In this document: positions 29,510-38,599 of the stretch, one piece after another
Numbering within the stretch: the first letter of the stretch is position 1
How the letters are laid out: every line of letters starts with the position of its first letter
From: Promethearchaeota archaeon
Lineage (GTDB): Archaea; Asgardarchaeota; Lokiarchaeia; Sigyniarchaeales; SOKP01
Assembly (NCBI GenBank): GCA_018238625.1
Contig: JABCSY010000019.1
Span: 1 to 47,331, forward strand
Length of the DNA: 47,331 bases
Direction of reading: 5' to 3'
The notes under the pieces: model-generated
Databases searched by the model: none
The model's input: the letters and a program-made list of their open reading frames with translations, nothing else
Told to the model about the DNA's origin: nothing
Program-made: the position numbers and the translations under genes

Positions 29510-30934
29510 TTGTCTGAAATAAAATTGTTTGAAATCTTTGTAAATAGCCTTAACTTCGACGTGAGCGAATACTTAGTCGAAGAACTCACAGAACTTCAAA
29601 AAAAAATCGTTGACGATGCAACTTTCATTCTAAAAGAAAACATCGTAGGAGACGTGAAATCGTTTGGAGGTTCTGTTAAAAAAAATGAGGAAAAGTTCAA
29701 GGAATTAATGAAACAAGCTGAACTAGAACTAGAGAAAGATAAGTACAAAGATATTAAAAAGCATCTAAAGGATTATCTTAAAAAACTGTCAGAATTAATT
29801 ATTAAAACCTGTGTTACAATTATTCCAGTAAAAGAATTGCCATGGACCGATGTTATTTTTCGAACTATTCCACGGATTACGTTCGACGATAAAGTCCACT
29901 TCTTAGATAACGCAATTGCCTATTATGGCGAAATTAATTGTTTCATTGGTAGAACAACTATCTTTGGAAAGATGAAAGATCCTTCGAGTGAACCGCTCTT
30001 TGCTCCTTTTATGGGAAACCTTGATTTAGGTGGTTATAAGTTAGAAGAGTCTCAAGATAAGCCTAAATCTCAAGTGTTTTCTTATGTAAACGCCATAATT
30101 AATTCGTTAGATTCTGTAATAACTAAAAGCCAATTAGTTAAGTATCACGAGGAATTTGAAAGCCACGGTGATCCGATTGCAGATGTCCTAATGAAAGACG
30201 ATGAATTGCTTAATTCCATGGGAAAAATTACTACTGCTTTAGAATCAGAAAGAATTAAGTCAGACATCGCAGTTTGCAGCATTGCTGTTCCTTTACCCTC
30301 CGATAAAAGAAGTTTGATTATCACTACTGAAGAAAGTGAAGGAGATAGTCGATTTGGTAATTGTTTCGAAGCTTTATTAAAATTTTCTGCTGCGTGTTGT
30401 CAAGTGCCTTCACCAACCCAAGGAGCTACGCCTCAAGCAGGTTCTACCCCTGGACAAACTGGGAGTCCGATTAGAACTCCAGGGGGTCAAGAATTAAAAG
30501 TTTGGACGGCAGAAGACCTTGCTAATGAAGCTCAAAAAAGGTTAGCGGAGCAACCAAATATCCCTTCCTGGTCAGAAGAAGAATTAAACAAATTTGCTGA
30601 AGGTCGCGGGTCCGGAATTCCTGAAGGGATGGAAGTTTGGAAAGAAGATGAGTTGCTGGAGTTAGCCGAAAAAAGGCGAGGCGGAGGATTGAATATACCT
30701 GAATGGGAACCCGACCAAGATATGACAGAATGTTCTAACTGTGGATATGGTTTGAGACCAGGTTGGGCTAAATGTCCTGTTTGCGATACTCCTGTCGGAG
30801 AAAAACCTTCTGAAGAAGTTAAAGAGGACTTAGAGGAAACAGAAGAACCAGAGGACTTATCTGATGAAAATCAAAACGAAGATAAAAACCAAGAACCAGA
30901 GAGTAAGGAAGAAGAAGAAGAACCTGATCAATAA
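29510..30934 (+). CDS. Hypothetical protein with W-x-E-E/D-L repeats, zinc ribbon and acidic tail
   Basis: Globular N-terminal part, P/T/Q/G linker, three to four short repeats, CSNC..CPVC and an E/D-rich C-terminus. Confidence 0.75.
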   Translation: MSEIKLFEIFVNSLNFDVSEYLVEELTELQKKIVDDATFILKENIVGDVKSFGGSVKKNEEKFKELMKQAELELEKDKYKDIKKHLKDYLKKLSELIIKTCVTIIPVKELPWTDVIFRTIPRITFDDKVHFLDNAIAYYGEINCFIGRTTIFGKMKDPSSEPLFAPFMGNLDLGGYKLEESQDKPKSQVFSYVNAIINSLDSVITKSQLVKYHEEFESHGDPIADVLMKDDELLNSMGKITTALESERIKSDIAVCSIAVPLPSDKRSLIITTEESEGDSRFGNCFEALLKFSAACCQVPSPTQGATPQAGSTPGQTGSPIRTPGGQELKVWTAEDLANEAQKRLAEQPNIPSWSEEELNKFAEGRGSGIPEGMEVWKEDELLELAEKRRGGGLNIPEWEPDQDMTECSNCGYGLRPGWAKCPVCDTPVGEKPSEEVKEDLEETEEPEDLSDENQNEDKNQEPESKEEEEEPDQ

Positions 30935-31108
30935 ATATCTTTTCTAAATTTTATAAATTAGTTTAAAATACTTTTTTCTATCTATTTATTAAAGGCTTAA
31001 AAGGATAAAGTTTATAAGAAAGGATATCCGCCTAATTCCAAACTTTTTTTAAGCATTTTTTATTAACATAATTAATTTAATCCTTAAATAAATGATTAGG
31101 AAGATTTT

Positions 31109-32137
31109 TTGTTATCAAAAATATTTTTGTTAAAACGAAAAACGCATGATCTAAACCGTTTCGATATTTACAGCTACCCAGAAGATATCGTAAAGAAGGA
31201 TAACAAAGATATCGTTTCCAAAATCATCTATGGTCACGATCACGGTTCTCTAATAGAACCTTGTGGTGAAAGCATTAAAAAACTAGATGATTCTAATGGA
31301 ATAAACAACAAATCTAATCTGTTTGAAATTAGTAGCCCTATTCCGCAAATTATTGGCGACCAAAACATATATACAATTTGCGTCAATTCAAAAATGCTAA
31401 TTGGGTTGGTGTTTGAAAAAGAAGATAACCCTTTTGATTATAAAGAAATTTTTGAAGATTTGTCGAATGAGTTTTTAAATACGGAGAAAAGTTGTTCTTT
31501 CGAAGATGAGATGGAAATTGAGAATCTTTTGATAACACTATTCATCGATATAAGAAGATACGGAGACGAAATTCTTGAAAAAGTTACAGAGTCTTCCTTC
31601 CGACCGGCAGGATTATTTACAAAAGTATTCCTATTTGGAATTGACGAAGTCGGAAAAACAAGTTTAACAAGAAGATTAAAAACCGGTCAATTTAACGATA
31701 ATTTTTTTACTCCAACAAGAAAGTTCAATATAGAATACCTTCAAAAAAAGGAGGGTTTATTGTCTTGGTGGGATATGCCTGGACAAGCTTTATTCAGAAA
31801 AAAATGGCTAATTGGTCTACAAGACTCAAATATTATTGTTTACATGATAGATATAGCAAATCAATTACGATTTGAGGAGTCCAAAAAAGAATTTTGGGAT
31901 ATTATAACGCGAAATGGTATAAAAGACATCCCACTCTTGATTTTAGGTAATAAAGTTGATTTAATTAATAACCTTAATCACGACAAGAAGGAACCGCTTG
32001 AGAGGACAAGGAAAGAAATTATTGAATTTTTTGAGTTTGGTAAATTAGCTAATTGGGAATTTTTATTTACTTCTGTTAAAAATAATTATAATATTGAAAA
32101 ATTAATAAATTCGATATTCACCTTAATTTCAACTTAA
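31109..32137 (+). CDS. Arf/Sar-like small GTPase with an N-terminal extra domain (possibly longin/uDENN-like)
   Basis: G1 GIDEVGKTS, G2 PTRKFNIE, G3 WDMPGQ, G4 NKVD, G5 TSVK. About 165-aa N-terminal alpha/beta domain whose fold is only inferred. Confidence 0.88.
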   Translation: MLSKIFLLKRKTHDLNRFDIYSYPEDIVKKDNKDIVSKIIYGHDHGSLIEPCGESIKKLDDSNGINNKSNLFEISSPIPQIIGDQNIYTICVNSKMLIGLVFEKEDNPFDYKEIFEDLSNEFLNTEKSCSFEDEMEIENLLITLFIDIRRYGDEILEKVTESSFRPAGLFTKVFLFGIDEVGKTSLTRRLKTGQFNDNFFTPTRKFNIEYLQKKEGLLSWWDMPGQALFRKKWLIGLQDSNIIVYMIDIANQLRFEESKKEFWDIITRNGIKDIPLLILGNKVDLINNLNHDKKEPLERTRKEIIEFFEFGKLANWEFLFTSVKNNYNIEKLINSIFTLIST

Positions 32138-32268
32138 TTAATCCAACAATTATTTATATCAACATCATTAAATTTATAACTTAAACCAAATAAATTTCTA
32201 TTATAATAAATATTTAAGATATTGTAATTTTAAATTAAAAAATATTGAATATAGCGACAGGTAAAATC

Positions 32269-32865
32269 ATGTTCAAACGACTAAAAAAAGAGCTCCAAAT
32301 TAATATTGAAGAAAAAGAAGGACAGTTATTTTTAGGCGAAAAAAATAAAGACATGCGTCTAGTAATGCTACGCCCAAATGAAATCATGGAATTCTGTGAA
32401 TTCGCCGGAACAAATGCGGACGACATCCTAATCTGGACCGGAAAGACTTTAGGTAAAATATTTATGGAAAAATTCTTCTATAATAAAGACTGGACCAATG
32501 AATCAATGGCTACTAAAAAAGAAGTAGTTTATGGCACTATAGAAGCCTTGATGCTCATGGGATATGGTGGTTTAGCTTGTATGTTTAAAAAAAATTATAT
32601 AATTATAAACGCATACGAATCTTTAGCCGTTCAAGAAAAAGAAAACATTATGGCGAAAAATTTGTGTCTACTTTATCTAGGAATATTCGACGGCATTCTT
32701 GAAGAGTTAGGTATCGATGCCGATGGTAAAGAAGTAGAATGTGTTCTGACTGGGGGAAAAAAATGTTCTTTTAAATTCGATTTACTCACAGAAGAAATAG
32801 AGGATCGCTTAGTAGATGCAGATCTTTCTGATGCGAAAGTATCAGAGTTTTTAGCCTCTTTATAA
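32269..32865 (+). CDS. Stand-alone V4R-domain protein
   Basis: GYGG, NLCLLYLGIFDGIL and EVECVLTGGKKCSF match the V4R C..G..G / ExxCxxxGxxxCxF pattern. Start is ATG 32269 or TTG 32245. Confidence 0.82.
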   Translation: MFKRLKKELQINIEEKEGQLFLGEKNKDMRLVMLRPNEIMEFCEFAGTNADDILIWTGKTLGKIFMEKFFYNKDWTNESMATKKEVVYGTIEALMLMGYGGLACMFKKNYIIINAYESLAVQEKENIMAKNLCLLYLGIFDGILEELGIDADGKEVECVLTGGKKCSFKFDLLTEEIEDRLVDADLSDAKVSEFLASL

Positions 32866-33117
32866 CAAAATTATTTTTAAAACTCAATTACTTTCCTTAT
32901 TTGAAACGAATAAACTCAGTAAATGGAATTTCACACTAATTTTTTGAAATTAACTAACCAATTTCTATTTTACAATCTTCTAAATACCTTTAAATTCACT
33001 AAATTATTCTCTCAATAGAAAATATAAATTTTAAAATAATATCAAATATAATTCTATTTATTATTAGAATAAGTAATTATTATTCAAAAAAAAAAAAAAC
33101 AAAAATAAGTGAAAAAT

Positions 33118-35469
33118 ATGAGTAGGAAAGGCGCAAAATTAAAGATTGATAGCTACTCAGGTCCACTCGGGCAAATTAAAGGATTTGAATTGACTACGGG
33201 CAGAGTATCTTACGGTGATGAGACAGAGTGGGAGCCAGAAGGCCCTCAAATGAAGCCTCACATTCCCACGCTTAGAAGCTGGTTCTTTAAACTCATGGAA
33301 AGGTATAAACCTTTTTATATGCCGATTTGCGACATGTGTTGCTTATGCACATTTGGTAAGTGTAATCTTTCCAAGGGCAGAACTGGTGCATGCGGAATCA
33401 ACATGGAAGGTGCATGTGCAAAAATAGTAGAAGTTGCGTGCTGCATAGGCGCTAGTTGCCATTCCGCACACGGAGACCATCTACTTCATTGGCTAAAAGA
33501 AAAGTTTGGTAATGTTCCTATAGATTTCGGGAACAATATCGCAATTGAAATGCCTATGACTCGATTAATCGTCGGAATGAAGCCAGAAACTATAGAAGAT
33601 TTAGAAGAGGCTATGAAATGGGTTCAATTTAATATTACACATCTTCTAGCAGCGGGTCACACAGGCCAAGAGGCTTCTTACTTAGATTACGAGTCAAAAT
33701 CTTTTCTAGCTGGTCTTTGCGACAATGTAGGAATGGAAATAAGCGATGCCGTTCAAATTGCTGCATATGGATTTCCTTGCGGAGACTCTGATGTTCCAAT
33801 CGTCGAGTTAGGCATGGGTACAATGGATTTTGAAAACAAAGCCTCTATCTTGTTGATTGGGCATAATGTAGCTCCAGGGATTGAATTAGTCGATTATCTA
33901 AGAGAAAAAGGTTTGGAAGATAAAGTGGATGTAGGAGCAATTTGTTGCACTGCTATTGATTTAACAAGGTATTACAGTGGTGCAAAAATCGTCGGTTCGC
34001 TTTCCCGTCAGATGTTTTACATCCGTTCGGGCTTAGCTGATGTTGTCGTTGTAGACGAACAATGCGTACATCTTCGCGCTTTTGAGCAAGCAAAACTTGT
34101 TGGCGCTCCCTTCATTGCTACGAATGAAAAGATAATGGCAGGGTTACCGGATAGAACTGATGACCCCGCAGAAGAAATTATTGACGATTTAGTTAGTGGT
34201 AAAGCCCCTGGTGTATTAATTTTAGACCCAATAAAAGCAGGAAAAGTTATTGCTGAAGTTGCGGTTAAAGTGAAGCCTATAAGAAAAGGTAAAAGCGGGG
34301 TTCCAGACGAAGACGGTTGTATAACTATGGCGATGAATTGCAATGGGTGCGGAAATTGTCAACGAAACTGTCCCAACGATTTACCCATAGTAGAAGGCGT
34401 ACGATTAGCCAAAGAAGGAGACTTTTCTGTATTAGCAGAGCAATGTTATGATTCGTGTTTGGATTGTGGCCGATGCGAAGCTGACTGCATGAAAAATGTA
34501 TCACCTCTCACTCTTATAATGTATGCTGGACGAGATAAAATCAGAAATGAGACATTTAATATGAGAGTAGGACGTGGTCCTATAAGAGATACTGAGATTC
34601 GAAATGTTGGAGCGCCATTAGTACTTGGAGAAATTCCAGGGATCGTGGCTCTTGTCGGTTGTGCAAACTATGGGAAAGAAATTCAAGAGTTATATATACT
34701 TGCAGAAGAGTTCTGTAGGAGAGGTTATATCGTAGTTGTTTCTGGTTGTGCAGCAATGGACATAGGGCTCGTTAAAGACGAAAATGGTGAAACCTTATAT
34801 GATCGTTATCCTGGGGATTTCGATCGTGGCGGTCTAGTAAATGTAGGAAGTTGCGTTTCGAACCCTCACATAACAGGAGCGGCAGTTAAAGTGGCTAGTA
34901 TTTTCGCACGTCGTCCAATTAGAGGTAACTTTGAAGAAATTTCTGATTATGTCTTAAATCGTGTAGGTGCTGTTGGGGTTGCGTGGGGAGCAATGAGTCA
35001 GAAAGCTGCAAGTATCGCGAGTAGTGTTAATGGGATGGGAGTTCCTGTAATTGTTGGACCTCACGCAGCGGAATATCGTCGTATGTATATAGGGCGATCT
35101 GATGACCTAGATACGTGGAAGGTGTATAACGCAAGAGATGGTACTGGGGGCCATTTGGTTGGACCTGGACCAGAACATTTGCTTACACCAGCAGAAACTG
35201 TGGAGCAAGCAATATGTTTGGTTGCAAAATTAGCTTTAAGACCTGCGGACAACTCAAAAGGAAGGATGATTAAATTATCTCATTGGATTGACCTTGAGCG
35301 AAAATTCAAGGGCGTACAATTTCCAAACGATTTAGAAAGATTTATTCGAGTAGAAGCGGACATTCCAATCAGCATGAAAACAGAAATTCAGGAATTTCTT
35401 AAGAAGAACGATTGGCAACCAAGAGAAATCATTGACCCTACCTTGCTTAAGCGATTATGTAGAGAGTAA
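33118..35469 (+). CDS. cdhA: CO dehydrogenase/acetyl-CoA decarbonylase-synthase alpha subunit
   Basis: CDMCCLCTFGKC..GACG, HSAHGDH, IGHNV, ICCTAID, VVDEQC, two 4Fe-4S motifs (CNGCGNCQRNCP, CLDCGRCEADC), GRGPI, GSCVSNPH and WGAMSQKA. Start is ATG 33118 or GTG 33109. Confidence 0.96.
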   Translation: MSRKGAKLKIDSYSGPLGQIKGFELTTGRVSYGDETEWEPEGPQMKPHIPTLRSWFFKLMERYKPFYMPICDMCCLCTFGKCNLSKGRTGACGINMEGACAKIVEVACCIGASCHSAHGDHLLHWLKEKFGNVPIDFGNNIAIEMPMTRLIVGMKPETIEDLEEAMKWVQFNITHLLAAGHTGQEASYLDYESKSFLAGLCDNVGMEISDAVQIAAYGFPCGDSDVPIVELGMGTMDFENKASILLIGHNVAPGIELVDYLREKGLEDKVDVGAICCTAIDLTRYYSGAKIVGSLSRQMFYIRSGLADVVVVDEQCVHLRAFEQAKLVGAPFIATNEKIMAGLPDRTDDPAEEIIDDLVSGKAPGVLILDPIKAGKVIAEVAVKVKPIRKGKSGVPDEDGCITMAMNCNGCGNCQRNCPNDLPIVEGVRLAKEGDFSVLAEQCYDSCLDCGRCEADCMKNVSPLTLIMYAGRDKIRNETFNMRVGRGPIRDTEIRNVGAPLVLGEIPGIVALVGCANYGKEIQELYILAEEFCRRGYIVVVSGCAAMDIGLVKDENGETLYDRYPGDFDRGGLVNVGSCVSNPHITGAAVKVASIFARRPIRGNFEEISDYVLNRVGAVGVAWGAMSQKAASIASSVNGMGVPVIVGPHAAEYRRMYIGRSDDLDTWKVYNARDGTGGHLVGPGPEHLLTPAETVEQAICLVAKLALRPADNSKGRMIKLSHWIDLERKFKGVQFPNDLERFIRVEADIPISMKTEIQEFLKKNDWQPREIIDPTLLKRLCRE

Positions 35470-35474
35470 TTGAA

Positions 35475-35510
35475 TTTTTATTTTTTTTTTATTTTTTTTT
35501 TATTTAATTT
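35475..35510 (+). terminator. Oligo-T archaeal-type terminator after cdhA
   Basis: Consecutive long T runs immediately after the stop codon. Confidence 0.6.
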
Positions 35511-35617
35511 TAATCTAATAAAAATTTAGAACGCAGAATTTAAAATTGCATATTAATTTTTATTGATTAATTATATTATAAATTGAATCTAATTGATTAA
35601 TTTCAGGCTTAAAAAAT

Positions 35618-35827
35618 ATGGTTGATAAACAAATATTAAAGCTTTCAAAATTATGCGAGCATTGGGCAAATCACAACGATTCACACAAAGAAAGTTTTGC
35701 AAAATGGCGAGACATCGCAAAGGAAAAAAGCCTAACTTCAGTTGTGGAAAATTTAAACAACGCGATTGAAATGATGGATAAATGCACCGAATACTTACTT
35801 TCGGCAAAAGAAAGTATGAACGAATAA
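35618..35827 (+). CDS. Small helical His-motif protein (HWxxHNxxH), putative metal-binding
   Basis: 69 aa, KLSKLCEHWANHNDSHKESFAKW. Directly downstream of cdhA. Confidence 0.72.
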   Translation: MVDKQILKLSKLCEHWANHNDSHKESFAKWRDIAKEKSLTSVVENLNNAIEMMDKCTEYLLSAKESMNE

Positions 35828-35929
35828 AGAAAATAATTTTAAATTTCTAAATCTTTTTATTTTATCTAATTTAAGGAATTCGGTATTTAATCGCAAATAT
35901 TAACGATTTAGAATTAAAAAGAAAAATAA

Positions 35930-37138
35930 TTAGAGGAATAAATTAATTAAGGGTAATAGTTGTTGCTTGAAGTATTCGATTTTTTCGTAAAGAAGATCGA
36001 CATTTTCAGATAAGACCCATAAATATACAGGGATGTTCAATTTTGAATATTCAAATAATTTTTCTCCTCGAATAGTAAACCCATTTAGTGGAAAATTGAG
36101 CGTTATCGAAGGCTCTCTAATTAATCCAATTGAACTGTGGAAGTTTGAGAGAGTTTGCATAATTAAAGCGGTATTATTTAACAATGCCGTGTCAGTCTCT
36201 GAGTCAGTGAAGTTTCCAAAAATTAGTCCATCCATGGAAATTAAACTTGCAGCTTTTCCTTCAATTGTATGGGTGAAATCTTCGAGGATGTTTTCGATAA
36301 TTTCAGATGTGTCAGAGACCTTTTTTAACGCCTCACTGAACATTTGCATTATCGTTTCTTTTTGAAATATTGTTGTATCGGAATAACTAATAGACATTTT
36401 CTCAAATTCCCCAGCAATTTGATTAAATTTAGATTTTATAGTAGATATGTTATTCTGCCATTCGAGCGAGGTGCGAACATCCTGATCGCTTTTTGAAAGT
36501 ACAATTAAAATTGGAGGAAACTCATTTAATTGTTCTAAAGCTTTCAATACTTGACGGAAGTAATTTGCTGATTCTGTAAATCGTTCAGTCTCTTGGGTGT
36601 CGACAACGTACAAAATTATATCAGCTTCAGTAAAAAATAACTCTGGTTTATTAAAGTATAGTTTCTCTCTATACTGAACTTGACCACCTAAATCCCATGA
36701 GAGTATTGGATATCCGAAAAAGTCTAATCTTTCGCGTTTAACCCCCCTTGTTGGCATCAAGGACTTAATTATAGAATACTTATCCTGAAGAACTGCCAAA
36801 ATACTGGTCTTTCCGCCATTATCGAGCCCAATCATTAATAATTTTTTATGAGCTCTTAACTTTTCTCTAATCGCTTTCTCTAATACTTGAGCTATTTTAA
36901 CCCATTTTGTAAGAATGTTTATAGGAATCTCTTCTATCTTGGGAAGATTGTCTAATGGAACTTTGGCTAACGCTTCAATATTATTTATATTATGTTCAAT
37001 TAATTTTTCGCTAGAAATCTGATCAATCCCAATAAGACTATTCGGCTTGAACTTCAACGCTTCATCTAGTTCATTAATAAGAACAGAACTTTTGAAGAAG
37101 TCTTTAATCACAACCTTTCTTATCTCCTCTTCAGACAT
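35930..37138 (-). CDS. Rag/Arf-like small GTPase with N-terminal HhH-like and C-terminal roadblock-like domains
   Basis: G1 GLDNGGKTS, G2 PTRG, G3 WDLGGQ, G4 SKSD, G5 TTIF. N-terminal LIGIDQISSEKL..NINNIEALA..KWVKIA. C-terminal AASLISMDGLIFG. Confidence 0.87.
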   Translation of the reverse strand: MSEEEIRKVVIKDFFKSSVLINELDEALKFKPNSLIGIDQISSEKLIEHNINNIEALAKVPLDNLPKIEEIPINILTKWVKIAQVLEKAIREKLRAHKKLLMIGLDNGGKTSILAVLQDKYSIIKSLMPTRGVKRERLDFFGYPILSWDLGGQVQYREKLYFNKPELFFTEADIILYVVDTQETERFTESANYFRQVLKALEQLNEFPPILIVLSKSDQDVRTSLEWQNNISTIKSKFNQIAGEFEKMSISYSDTTIFQKETIMQMFSEALKKVSDTSEIIENILEDFTHTIEGKAASLISMDGLIFGNFTDSETDTALLNNTALIMQTLSNFHSSIGLIREPSITLNFPLNGFTIRGEKLFEYSKLNIPVYLWVLSENVDLLYEKIEYFKQQLLPLINLFL

Positions 37139-37340
37139 TTTTTGTCAACGAACCTAATATCAATTATGCTTTTTAATAGTCTATAACTTTATTTTATAGT
37201 AAAAGATCTAATTAATAAAACTTTAGTTTTGTGAAAAACACATAAAACACATAAAACCATAAATATTTATTCTTATTGTTTCATATTAAGTTTAGAAAGT
37301 AATTAAGGGCATATTTAAAAGTAATAAGGGTATTTAAACG

Positions 37341-38534
37341 TTGTCTGAACGGACTCCTGAGAACATTGTTATTTGTATTGATACTTCGAGATCTATGTAT
37401 CGAACAGATTATCAGCCAAACCGAATGAAATGTAGTGTTGATGCGGTAAAGAAGCTAATCAGCGAAAGGCTTGCTGAAGATACTTCGAGTGCCTTCGCGA
37501 TCATTACTTTTTCTGATAAACCAAAGAAAATCGTTGAATTTACGAACATAAAGGGTCAACTTTTTGACGCTATAGATTCTTTAAAACTTTCAGGTAAGTC
37601 AGCAATGGGAGAAGCTTTAGGTCTTTCAATAAAACTTATTATTTCAGAATTGCGGAAAATTGCAGCTAAAATTCCTCGAATCCTTGTTATTTCTGATGGG
37701 AATTACACAAAAATGTCAATAGATCCTTTGAAAATGGCGCGTCTTGCTCAAGGATTAAACATTAAAATAGATTCCTTTCGTTTAGGAGAGCTTTCTACTC
37801 AAAATATTCTAAAAAGAATGTCAGACATAACGGGCGGTAATTATTACTACAATAACGATGCTCAAACTTTATTGCAATCAGCTCACGATCTAGCAAGTTC
37901 TAACGTCAAAACTTATGGTGGAGGGGATAATTCGCTAATCGAAAATCCTGCGTTTTTAAGAAAAATAGCTGCTGATTTATTAAGAGTTCAAGATTTAACT
38001 AAAGACCAAGAACAGCGATTGTTACAGATTAGAGGTTTAGGAGATTATAAGAAATGTTCGATTTGTTTTTCCGACACGAACCCCTATACAAAAAGTTCTT
38101 TTTACATTAGTGGACGATATTGCCCTAACTGTCAAACGCCCTTTCACATTCATTGCTTAAATTCATGGGCAGACGCCCAAAAAGATAAAAAAATGAGACA
38201 GGCCGGGACCGTAAGGTGTCCACATTGTTTTTATCTATTAAAAATTCCCACTGAAGTTTCTCAGGCTCAAAAATTAACTTCTTTGATTAAACCACGAATA
38301 AAACGAAAACCTGCTCCGACAGAACCAGAAATATCTCACGTAGAAAAAGTACATTTTAAGGATTTAGATTCTGACGAGTTGTTTAACTCATGCCCCGTGT
38401 GTAATCTAATTTTTGAAGAAGAACAAAATCTTGTAAGGTGTAGCAATTGCAAAACTTTGTATCATGAGCATTGTTTTAAAGATTTAAGAAATAATCGTTG
38501 TAAAAATTGTGGTGTAAAATTGCATAAATATTAG
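37341..38534 (+). CDS. vWA-domain protein with two C4HC3 RING-variant/PHD-like fingers
   Basis: MIDAS DTSRS and ISDG. CSIC..CPNC.PFHIHC..W..CPHC and CPVC..CSNC..YHEHC..CKNC. Confidence 0.87.
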   Translation: MSERTPENIVICIDTSRSMYRTDYQPNRMKCSVDAVKKLISERLAEDTSSAFAIITFSDKPKKIVEFTNIKGQLFDAIDSLKLSGKSAMGEALGLSIKLIISELRKIAAKIPRILVISDGNYTKMSIDPLKMARLAQGLNIKIDSFRLGELSTQNILKRMSDITGGNYYYNNDAQTLLQSAHDLASSNVKTYGGGDNSLIENPAFLRKIAADLLRVQDLTKDQEQRLLQIRGLGDYKKCSICFSDTNPYTKSSFYISGRYCPNCQTPFHIHCLNSWADAQKDKKMRQAGTVRCPHCFYLLKIPTEVSQAQKLTSLIKPRIKRKPAPTEPEISHVEKVHFKDLDSDELFNSCPVCNLIFEEEQNLVRCSNCKTLYHEHCFKDLRNNRCKNCGVKLHKY

Positions 38535-38599
38535 TTTTAAATAATGTTAGTGCTATAAATGATACTATCTTATTATTGAATTTTTAAAATGATCTAAAT

